64,000 nt of DNA from Azolla caroliniana. Its lineage: Eukaryota; Plantae; Polypodiophyta. The translations under genes were made by a program, and so were the position numbers. Positions 1-11,547 of this stretch are shown here, one piece after another. The stretch lies in assembly GCA_043228905.1 (NCBI GenBank), contig JBHGNT010000016.1, positions 18,910,001 through 18,974,000 of the forward strand. The letters are read 5' to 3'. The first letter of the stretch is position 1. Each line of letters opens with the position of its first letter. The notes under the pieces were generated by a model, which did no database searches, was not told the origin of the DNA, and was given only the letters and a program-made list of their open reading frames with translations.

Positions 1-2437
1 TGGGAGCAGATTAAAACACCTGGGTAATGAGTTTTTCCTTCTTATTTGTATTTAAACACATCTTGAACACTCTTTCAAATGTGTTGATGTTTACCTTTTT
101 TGCCTTCCATATTTCAGGATGTCTTTGAGGTGCTCATTGTTGTACCTTGAACAGTACCGTCAAACCGCACCAGAGCTTTTGGCTAAAGGTGATGGGGTCA
201 AAACTGCAACTTATGTTGGTGACGTTTATGTTCATCCATCAGCAAAAGTTCACCCTAGTGCTAAGGTTCAGTGACCTCAAGTTTATATCTTCATGCATTT
301 TTGCATATTCCGCATCTTGATTGGAATGCGTAAGAAGCTATAACCACTCTAAAACTATGAAAGTATTGCTTCAACCAAAATATTTCTAAACTCATAAATG
401 AAATCCAAATATTTTCACTGAAGAATACTCATGGAACAGATTGAAATAGATGTTTGTAAAAATAGGTCTCTATGTATTTAGGAATTTTCAAGGGATGTAG
501 AGGAGATGTTGTAATCCTACCAATCATCTTATCCTGTTTTACATTTCTGAGTCAACATCATCCTTTAAATGCCTGAAATGTTGGAATGCCTGTTGCAGCC
601 TGCCTAGCTTGATGTTTATTTTGTGAACATTTTGATAAAATTACGAAAATTCTTAGAGTATCATTTTAGTTCTTGGGTTGTCTAAAACATGCGTTGTGGA
701 TTTTTTCTCTTTGATTACTCATTTCGTATCAGATGGTTGACTGGGGATTTGAGCCTTTCCTCTATAAGCCACAAGCCCATCAGCCCTGATGGGATATGTA
801 TCTGTCTGTGTGTGCGCCTAAATGTATATTAATAGGGAGAATGACTAAAACATGCTTATATGTTTTAGAAATGCAGAAAGTATGCTTGATTATATGCAAA
901 ATTACGCATACATGCTTGGTTTCAGGCTCGTAATCGCATCAAAATTTGAAATTAGCTCAACCTGCAAAGCAATCTCGATTAATACAGTGTCTAATCAAAG
1001 CTGCTAATTAGAAATCTATTTGTTGTGATAATGTTTTCGTGCATTTTCACCTCAGAATAAAGGTTCAATGCGCAAATTGTAAAGTCTTATTACCTATATG
1101 TTTAGAGAATTCTAACATGAAATGGATGATAGAACAGGTGGGTCCTAATGTATCAATATCTGCAAATGCACGTATCGGTCCTGGGGTACGACTGATTGGC
1201 TGCATTATATTGGATGGTGTGGAGGTGAAGGTACGAGCTTGACCTTTAAATGTTTATAGTTTTAAGGAAAATAGTGATCAGCGTGGTCATTTCCTTGTAA
1301 TTTTTCTTGTGGGTTTTTACAAATGTTGGGGAAAATATGGAGAGGAAAGAACGAAATGTATATTATTGTCTGTTAACAGGCTAAAATGGTCCTTGCGGCC
1401 AAATGAGATTGATTACATTTGAAGCAAACCCAAATAAATATAGGCAAACTAATAAAACTGCCCATGATACCCTGGCTATTAAGAGGAAGAAAGAAAGAAA
1501 TACTATTTTATGTCTTACAAGCCAAAATCTGCCTATGTGACTAGTCAGGTGTACAAAAGGTGTGCATATCCATCTGCTACATGAGAAAAGAGAACTCTTT
1601 AATTGATAGATTAGGGAATCAGTTTTCAACCAACATATAGACATACTTTCCAGAAAATCAAGCATATTGATATAATATTGTGCATGATAACAAGCATCGA
1701 GGTGTTTTTCTTTTGAGAATGGTCAAGCATTTAGATATAATTTTGAGAAAGGTCAAGCATATAGATGTAAGTGTGAGAAAAACTGATTTTAAATTTTAGA
1801 CAGATCAAACAGGCCCTTTTACTCAAGAATTAGGCACATATTGTTTGTTAATTTCTCACTACCCCGTTTTATGAAAAAAAGAAATAATTGGGGTACAAGC
1901 TCGACCTTTGAACTGAACGGAATGGAAGCATTTTATTGCTGATTTCATACTGCCTTTGTAGGAAAATGCTGTAGTACTCCACTCTATAATTGGATGGAAG
2001 TCATCCATCGGGAGATGGGCAAGAGTACAGGTGAGCAAAAAGAGACGGACGATGTGATGTTTTTTCTTTTTCTTTTTTTAGTTTTGAGTTTTTATAAGTC
2101 ATTTGGAGGGTGTTTTACAGTCCTTTTTTTTAATTGTATAGGGTGGAGGTGACTACATTGCCAAACTGGGCATAACAATTCTTGGTAATACACATGGAGT
2201 AGCATGTCATTAATGCATTTTTCATCTATGTTTTCGATACTGTTTTGTGCATCTTACATTAACATTTCTTGAATGATCAGTAATCATTGGGAATGGTTTT
2301 GATGTGGTTAGTTCTCGCTATTGTTTTGCTAAACAGGTGAAGGTGTTTTAGTAGAAGATGAAATGGTCGTGACAAATTGTATTGTGCTTCCACATAAAAC
2401 CATTAATTTGAGTGTCCAAGATGAGATTATATTATAA
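1..2437 (+). CDS. GMPPA: Mannose-1-phosphate guanylyltransferase alpha (GMPPA/KONJAC-like), 3' part; exons <1-23, 118-265, 1138-1230, 1962-2030, 2142-2184, 2337-2437
   Basis: GT-AG introns join in frame to WEQIKTPGMSLRCS...[71 protein letters not shown]...LPHKTINLSVQDEIIL*, the hexapeptide-repeat C-terminus of GMPPA/KJC proteins. Confidence 0.93.
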
Positions 2438-3256
2438 CCACATTGAGAGGATGAGATTATATGTAGCATCAAAAAATTTTGTAACACTTAATTTAGGCCT
2501 TACTCATTAATTTATAAATCCATATATTTTACATATTCGAGATGTCTTATGTGTTTCTTCAGTAAGAGACTGATGATATGGTTGTTATCTCGATGTAGTT
2601 GAAAAGATTAGAAATCAGTGGTCAAATTTCAAGAAAATATGAATTTATTTGTCTTTGTCAATGATCATATGATGCAAGTTGGAAGGTATCATGATTTTTG
2701 AATGTTATTTCTCAATCCTTTTGACCTTTAAAGTGACAGAAGGATAACATGTCAATTGTGAGATTGCTTAAGTTAACTACACATGTTCAAGCACAACCAT
2801 GCAATTTCCTATATTCTGTAGAGTAGATCGAGAAGACCCATATGGGAGTTGAACCCAGATAATCTATTGTATGTACATCAGCTAGTAATAGAGTTTAAGT
2901 TCAATTACATTGGGTGCTAGTCAAGATTCATGCTAATATTCCATCTCTTGTGGAAGAATTTCATTGTTATCTCAACAAGGTAAGTGCTATTATGTGCCTT
3001 GCGACTTGTGGAACTTGTTGAATGAGAGGGATAGTGTTATGAACATGCATACAAAATAATATATAGTCTTCTTCAAAGCCTCAAACCCATCAACTCCTTA
3101 ATAAGAGCCTTCAATATTAGTTATTAGGTTTATCTTATTTTATAACATTGCATGTTTATTCCTCTATAAACTTTTGCTTTAACGTATCATTTTGTAGTAG
3201 TGATTGTATGATACTTTGAATGATAGCCATGTATGAAAAGTGTTTAAGCAATAACG

Positions 3257-3500
3257 ATAAGCAAAATAGATTGAAGCTCACATTTTGATCTAGACATATT
3301 AATTAAATGCCAATTTCTCAATGTGCATAGTTAAGCATATGAATGCACATGACATTATGGAGGTTCCCAAACACAGTGATAAGCAAAGTAGACTGAAGAT
3401 CACATTTTGATCTAGACATAGGAATTAAAACCTAATGCCACAATGTGCATAGTAGTTCATTAAGCATATTATTGCAAATGACATCATAGAGGTTCCCAAA
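3257..3500. repeat. Degenerate tandem duplication, about 120 bp x2
   Basis: gataagcaaa.taga.tgaag.tcacattttgatctagacata...ggaggttcccaaa occurs near 3257 and near 3378. Confidence 0.75.
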
Positions 3501-6365
3501 TACATACTTGTGATGACATAAGGTATAGATCCAAGGGCCACAAGGATCGTGTATGACATCAAGGAGGCTCTCAAAAAAATACATGCATAGTTGTAAGATG
3601 TACACCCATAAACATTATGATATGCTATTGTGGAGGTTGCAAATCACATGCCATAACATATGAACCCAAAAGCATTTAAAAAAGGAAATTATGGAGGATT
3701 GTAATGTCGTGATACATAAACTCATATGCATTGTGGAGGTGGCTAATCACATTACCATGTTGTGTCACATATAGAGCCATAAACATCATGGAATGTTCGA
3801 ATCATGGGATGTTCGAATCATCGAAGCAAGACCCATTAGCATCATGGAATGTTCGAATCACAATATGTAACAATTGTGAATCACATGGACCTAAACACAT
3901 GACCACATGCACACACACATTTCACTCTGAATTGATCATCATCCTTCTCCTTAGCATATTGATTTGTCATAATAAACACATGTAAAGATGAAAGCTAGAA
4001 TATGCAAACTTCTTCCTTGTATCCCAGACCATTCCTTCATAAATAAATTTGAAATTAGGTCAAATTTTGAATAGACTTATGAATAATCATTATGTCGTAT
4101 TATATAAACCTATAAACATGACAATGTGCCATGATATCCTAGAGTTTGTGCGTTTTAAATCACGTAACCATGAGGTCCAAACCACATCGTTTTCAAATAT
4201 GGGAATGAATTCCTCAACATCATTGTTGAATATGTCCTCTTGCTAATGTCCATTTGAGTATGTACATGGTTGGTTAGAAGTAGCGCATGACGCTATTGCA
4301 TGAGTTCAACTTTCATTCAACGATATTATTTGTGAGTTCACACGTTTAACATTGTTCACTATAGTTCATTCTTCAAACTTTTCAAATCCTCAATAAAAGA
4401 TTGAGAATAATAAAAGTTATTTCAATAATTTCATTACTTTTAGGAATATTTTGGAATTTGATTCAAGTACAAGGATATTTACTAAAATTCCCTAAAGTAA
4501 AAAGAGTTATATGAATACTAGACCCAAAGAGCAATGCAGAAAGCATTGCCATGACGGGCAAACATGACATTATGATCATAATTGTAGTCTTTAAAGACTA
4601 AAAAAACCAAGTCTCGATAATGTTTAATATCAATGTCCTTTGACAAATGGCTTTAGAAATTCACTTTGAAGTTTGCACTACCCAACGACGTGAGACACGG
4701 CATTGCAAATTTATCACAATCTATTTTCCTCCGATTATGGCTTTTCAGGTTCACTTTGTACTACCCAAGAGTTCAAAATGTCTAACATCCTATGAACTAA
4801 AATTTTGGTTCGAAAAAAATACCAAGTGAAAATCCACTCCTCGCAACCAAAGGGTTTAAAAACAAAAATAAAAGAGTATGTTAATAAGCAATGTAGTTTC
4901 AACAATAACAATAATAAAAGATTATGTATAAACAAAAGGGTTTTATATGTCCAATAGGGTGTTTATTATACTAATCATGCATGTTTAAGAATACACACTC
5001 AATGTTTGCTCTTAAAAACATTGGTTGACATATTCACTTTCCACATCTAAGGGGTTGAAAATCAAACTAAATTCCTAGTTAACAATATGGTTTCAATTAT
5101 GTTATCAAGAAAACAATAAATTCTAGCCCAAACGAGCCTTGTGGATGTCTTCTTTCATGTCCACTAACCACAAGTGATTAAGCACAATCGTACTTCAAAC
5201 AAGCTATGTCTAACAAAAATCTAAAACCATTGCTTTTACACATGAGTAAGAAAATTATGATGTCCTCCCCAATTACCCAACTAATCATTGGGTACGTACC
5301 TAATTGAATGCTTAAATTAAAATATAGTGGTAAAGTTCATGCTTTGTGGTCTATAAGTTCTTTATACCTTTTTAAGATCATGCACATTAATATTGTCTCT
5401 TAATGACAACCTTACAATGCTTTCTTCAACTAGATGATTAAAATATTATCATTATCATTATGCAATGCTAAAAATGCTCGTAGTACAAAACATTTAAAAC
5501 AATGGAATTAGGTAAATAAAGCAACAACACACTCAAAACAATGCAATTGGGTACTATGTATCTAAAGTAGCATGACAATTAAACAATGAAACTGGGTGTG
5601 TAAACCAATATCACACTTTTGATGATGCAATTAGGTATGTAAATTAACATCATATTGGCGACACCAAATTTCAACCTATAAAGCATATAGCTCATACCAT
5701 GTCTTCAAACCATGAATATCATTGTGATTTGAATGCATAACGAGGAGCACAAAACATAACTTTGTTACAATTGGAACAATGTCAATTTTAGTCTAGAGCC
5801 TAGTATATTACATAAAGCACTGCAACACTTACAATTAAGGGATTAGGCTTGTAAAGCCCCACAAATGTCTCCTTCTAAAATGGAAAATGTATGAATATAA
5901 TCTGTTCATGGTCCTTGCTTGAGTCAATATGGAAATGTCTCCTTTGTTCATACAAGCTCAATTAAAAATTCTGTTGTTGTTCCATCGCACTCGGGTTGAG
6001 TTTGTCACCGTCATCATTGTCAACCTAACTATTCAACTTTAAGCAATGAATTTTTCCACAAGTTTGTTAGTTTAAGCAATATCAAGATTTAATGGCACAA
6101 GAAAAGAAAAAGACATTTTCTAGATTGCCAAGTTTGTGGCTTCCAATTCTATTGATTATGATGTAGCCACCATTTAGTGTTGGGAACATGGAAAATCAGT
6201 TCACTTACCACGTGAAAGAACTTTCCAAGCAACATGATTCTTCCATGTCTTAATGATGTTTATCATTAATTACATGATATTGTTGGATTATCATTCATCC
6301 ATTATTACCTTGATATTTCCCACTATTGCCTCTCAACATCAAAGTTTGAGCTGTGTATTACTATT

Positions 6366-7230
6366 TGTTGAGAATCAAGCTCAACATAGTGCAACGTGTG
6401 AACAAACCCTAAACCCTAAACCTTTTGTCGACCAAGGCTATTGGGGTTACATCAAAGGAGCACAAGAAAACCGATCCGACCCGAAAGACGCCGACTACGC
6501 AACATGGGAGCAAGCGGCAAGCAGAGTGATGTATTGCTTGGCGACATGTGTTCACGACCACATGCTCGTCTACATTCCAGAAGCCGAGACGCCAAAGGAA
6601 GCGTGGGAGAATCTACGAAAGATTTTCGCCGCCAACACAACTTCGAGAAAGCTTTAACTCCGCCAAGAGTTGAACAACATCCAACAAAGGGATATGTCCA
6701 TCATGAGCTACACCTTGAAGATCAAGGAGCTTAGCGACTCACTCGGCTCGATAAGTGTCAATGTGGACGATGATGAGATGGTGCAAATATGCCTCGGCGG
6801 CCTTGCACCACGGTTCGGCGCGATGAGGACCGTTGTACTAGCACGGGAGAATCTGCCCTCCTTCTTCGACCTTCAATCCATGTTGTTGGTCGAAGAAAAC
6901 CACGTTCGAACAAGAAGCAACGCCTCGAAAGGCCACATGCTTTACTCACACTCGGACGGAGGAAGAGGACGCGGCCGTGCGAGAAGAGGCCGATTCGGCC
7001 AAGGATGAGGTGTACGAGGCCCGACTTATGAAAACAACTCGCAATTTCGGCATCAAGACGGAAGCCATCGAGGAACCTTCGGAAGAAGGGGGAGCTTCCA
7101 TTCCGGTCCAAGCCAACAAAACTCGGTCGAATGCGGAAATTGCGGAAAAATCGGTCACCACGAAGAAGAGTGCCGTAAGAAGATACGTGAGTCGGCTTTC
7201 ACTAGCCGACAACTCACCAATTACGCCTCG
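6366..7230 (+). mobile_element. Copia A2, 5' half (truncated 5' LTR plus gag)
   Basis: Starts TGTTGAGAATCAAGCTCAACATAGTGCAACGTGTGAACA, identical to the minus-strand LTR at 30428; gag GYWGYIKGAQE...CGNCGKIGHHEEEC is homologous to ORF 16772-17899; preceded by CTATT. Confidence 0.9.
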
Positions 7231-8722
7231 GATGCAAAGCTTACGCATTTATCCCCAGGGAGAAAAGGACCAAGTTGGCACCCCATGCAACAAAATGCAT
7301 ATTTCTCGGTTATGGAACAAATGGGGATTTCAGCTATCAGCTATGGGACCCGGAGAATCGGAAATTGATATGAAGCGGTGATGTGGCCTTCAATGAAGAC
7401 TCTATCCTCTCTAAGCGGAACCAATAGAAAATAGTGGGCAAAAAAGACCCTTTCGAAATCAACAGAGAAGTAATAGAAAGACCAACCCACCAGGCCGAAT
7501 CGGAGATTCGACAAACAGTCAAACTCGACCAAGCCAACAATACACCTGCCGATTCCAAATCGGTAGGAGGTTCACTGGTCAAACTAGAAGACAAAGCCGA
7601 ATCAACAAGAGTTGAAAAAGGAAAAGTCGACAAGGTGCAAGTCGGAAACAGAGTGGACCCAACCGAGACACCCAAGGCCAAAGGGAAAAACAGATCCGAG
7701 TCAGCTAAGTCTCTCAATCCTGAAGCAGGGGAGGATGAGGTGACATCGCCGAAATACTATCACAGGGGCGAGTCATCTGGAAGGACTCCTAACATAAGTG
7801 GTTCAACAAATGCCGGTCGGCTGACATAGACGATCGAAGGATCTGAACTGATCATTACAGCAATCAGGAGATTTGGACGAAATTGAAGGCCGACAAAGTT
7901 CTATCAACCGGGCCGGCCTTGACTACGTCAACTACATGGATGCAAGCGAACCTATCACATACGAAGAAATTATAGCCGCACCAGATGCTGATACATGGCT
8001 CCAAGCCATGACGTCTGAGATGGACTCGATTCATAATAATCGGACATGGGAGGTGGTCGAACTACCAACCGGAAAGAAGCCACTGCCATGTAAATGCGTT
8101 TTTCAGTACAAATATGTATCCGATTCGGAAAAACCGAAATACAAAGTTCGGCTCGTCGCGAAGGGCTTCAAGCACGAACATGGAGTCGACTATGACGAGA
8201 TATTTTCTCCAGTAGTCAAGATGACCACCCTTCGACTCCTACTCGGGGTCGTGGTGGCAGAGGACTTAGAGCTTGAGCAACTCGACGTAAAGATGACATT
8301 CCTACACGGACGGAGACTTGGAAGAGGACATTTACATGTCCAAACTGGCAGGCTTCTCGGCAACGGGGGAGGAAAGTCACCTTGTATGCCAATTGAACAA
8401 AAACCTATACAACTTAAAACAAGCGCTGAGGATGTGGTACCAGAAGTTCGACTCCTACATCTGACAACTCGGTTACAACTGGTCCGACTCGACAACTAGC
8501 CGACGAGTCCAGGATTTATCTGATCCTATATGTCGACGACATGTTGATTGTAGGGAGCCATCAAGCCGAAATTGGAAAGCTAAAACAGAGGCTTCACGAC
8601 AAGTTCGTGATGAAGGAACTTGGACAAGCCCGACACATATTGGGCATGAGGATCAAGAGAAAACGGAAGACGAAGACTCTCCAACTCTCCCAGTCCGACT
8701 ACATCCAAAAGGTGCTGAGACC
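7231..8722 (+). pseudogene. Copia B integrase C-terminus and RT (degenerate)
   Basis: GCKAYAFIPREKRTKLAPHATKCIFLGYG; [43 protein letters not shown]; frameshifts present. Confidence 0.9.
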
Positions 8723-8788
8723 ATAGTTCCTAATATTCGCGTACATCCAAGTTGGTGGACGTACGCGAACGTTTGCCTACATTCGCGT

Positions 8789-10845
8789 TGTCGTGTAAAT
8801 ACGACAAGGATACGCGAACTTGAGGCAGGACCCCGGGGCCTCCGACCAGAGGATATCACATTCATGCATTTATACTTTTAATAATTAAGAGAAAGGAGAA
8901 AATTAGTAATTTTTCATTAGCAAAGGAAAAGAAATTACAATATGTCCCAAGATTAGGATTCAAAAGTTTTAGGTTTATTGAGATTAATAGAAAAGAAAAA
9001 TTAGGGGTTTTGAGAGATATGGCTTCCGTAGGGAAAATTAGGGTTTTTGAGTGGTATTGTTTCCGTAGCGAAAATTAGGGTTTTTGAGTCTTATGGCTTC
9101 CGTAGGGAAAATTAGAATGAGGTTATATGAGAGATAGCTTCCGTAAGGAAATTAGGGTTTATGAGTGTTATGGCTTCGTGAGATAAGGGAACCGAGAAGG
9201 AAAAGAAAAATAATTGAGAGCGGCCTTTGTTTCTTCGCCACCACCTTCCATCTCTTGGGTCTTACATCGGTTAATGCCCAAGTCTCAAGAACTTTTGTGG
9301 GGAAAGTCTATTCATGATCATCGTCTACCCTCTTCATCTTGATGTCTCCCTCTTCTTCTCATGTGTTAGCTTCGGCCTTCACTTCCTCGTCGCCACCTTT
9401 CGTCTCTTGGGTCTCACGTTTGCTTTCCGACATATCTGCCCAAGTCTCTGGAACAAGTGTGGAGAAAGTCTCGACACGGCCATCCGCCATTGACTCATCC
9501 ATAGACACCTTTGACTCGATGTTGTTTTTCGTGGCTATCTCCTCAATCATGTCGGCCTCACACTTTTTATCTCCCTTGATCATGCAAGCTTTGCTCATGC
9601 TTGCACCTTCATCACTTGATGTTTCAGACACAATGCGTGTTTCGAAACATTTGTCTTCGCTTGAAGTGGCATTCGCCACCCTCGATTCATTTGTTTCATT
9701 CTTCATCATTGTTTCTTTCCAAGATGAGAAGGCGTTTTGTTCCACATCTTCTCCCATGGTGTGGTCATACTGAACTCGGGCCTTCGTATTCGACGTATCA
9801 TTACTCCACCTTTGTTGGGAGGTCCCTTCTTCCTTAATCACCATTTTAATCGGTTTTGGTTCCATTATAAGATTCTCTTTGGCCTCGACTTGCACCTTTA
9901 AATTCTCATATGCTTCGTTTATGAAGGCCTTTATGTCGAGTACCATCGAACCTTCTCTCTTCAAGCTCTCTTCTTTAGGTGGTAGTTTGTAGTTGCGTCC
10001 TGTCCTCCTTTCACCATTCGTCATGGGTTGTGTTGTTGTCGATGAGAATCTTGTCTTCCTCTTATCGTGTAGTTGACATACTCTTTCCACTTTCATCCAA
10101 TCCTCGGTGAGGCCATTTGCACCATCGTCATCCTCAAGTCGAATTCCAATGGCTTTCCTTTCCTTCAGATCTATTGATTTCACGAACATTCAGACTTTAT
10201 CCACCCCCACCTACTTTGATCCCGCTCTGAGAGTTGTGTGAAGCAATACTCGAACTCAACGAAAGCATGCATGGCACTTTGGTGGGTCTTTAATGATGAT
10301 ACCCATTGGTCGAACTCGTATAGGCTCCATCTCTTTGGCTCTTTGTATCTATATGCCTCCATGAGATATCCTCCTGCCGCCTCGTTTCATGTCAAGTTCA
10401 CCAAAGATGTCGCATAAATACGACAAGGATACGTGAACTTGAGGCAGGACCCTAGGGCCTCCGACCAGAGGATATCACATTCATGTGTTTATACTTTTAA
10501 TAATTAAGAGAAAGGAGAAAATTAGTAATTTTTCATTAGCAAAGGAAAAGAAATTACAATATGTCCCAGGATTGGGATTCAAAAGTTTTAGTTTTACTGA
10601 GATTAATAGAAAAGAAAAATTAGGGGTTTTGAGAGATATGGCTTCCGTAGGGAAAATTAGGGTTTTTGAGTGTTATTGTTTCCGTAGGGAAAATTAGGGT
10701 TTTTGAGTCTTATGGCTTCCATAGGGAAAATTAGAATTAGGTTATACGAGAGATAGCTTCCATAAGGAAATTAGGGTTTCTATGAGAGAGAGCTTCCGTA
10801 AGGAAAATTAGGGTTTATGAGTGTTATGGCTCCGTGAGATAAGGG
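8789..10845 (-). mobile_element. Element D: deleted gag-only Gypsy derivative (partial LTRs 8789-9225 and 10408-10845)
   Basis: Direct repeats starting TGTCG; degenerate tRNA-Trp PBS (ttcatgtcaagttcacca, about 10386-10403); gag FDQWVSSLKTH...GANGLTEDWMKVERVC is homologous to elements E and F; no pol. Confidence 0.8.
8995..9180. repeat. About 37-bp tandem repeats with a telo-box inside the D LTR (also 10615-10835 and inverted at 10890-11035)
   Basis: Unit gcttccgtagggaaaattagggtttttgagtgttatg; copy number differs among the three LTR copies. Confidence 0.85.
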
Positions 10846-11547
10846 GCCGCTCTCCATTATTTTTCTTTTCCTTCTCGGTTCCCTTATCTCATGGAGCCAT
10901 AACACTCATAAACCCTAATTTTCCTTATGGAAGCTATCTCTCACAGAAACCCTAATTTCTTTACGGAAGTTATCTCTCGTATAACCTAATTCTAATTTTC
11001 CCTACGGAAGCCATATCTCTCAAAACCCCTAATTTTTCTTTTCTATTAATCTCAGTAAACCTAAAACTTTTGAATCCCAATCTTGGGACATATTGTAATT
11101 TCTTTTCCTTTGCTAATGAAAAATTACTAATTTTCTCCTTTCTCTTAATTATTAAAAGTATAAACGCATGAATGTGATATCCTCTGGTCGGAGGCCCCGG
11201 GGTCCTGCCTCAAGTTCACGTATCCTTGTCGTATTTACGCGACATCTTTGGTGAACCTGATGTGAAACGAGGCGGTAGGAGGATATCTCATGGAGGCATA
11301 TAGATAGAAAGAGCCAAAGAGGTGGAGCCTATACGAGTTCGACCAATGGGTATCATCATTAAAGACCCACCAAAGTGCCATGCATGCTTTCGTTGAGTTT
11401 GAGTGTCGCTTCACACAACTCTCAGAGCGGGATCAAAGTAGGTGGGGGTGGATAAAGTCCGAATGTTTGTGAAATCAATAGAACTGAAGGAAAGGAAAGC
11501 CATTGGAATCCGACTTGAGGATGATGATGGTGCAAATGGCCTCACCG
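10846..11547 (+). mobile_element. Inverted copy of the D LTR, PBS and gag start
   Basis: Reverse complement of 10105-10845; LTR ends CGACA at 11244; PBS tggtgaacctgatgtga at 11249-11265. Confidence 0.88.

Noticed and set aside
8995-9180. CRISPR-like periodicity of about 37 bp
   Set aside because: Head-to-tail units without unique spacers, inside a eukaryotic LTR, no cas genes
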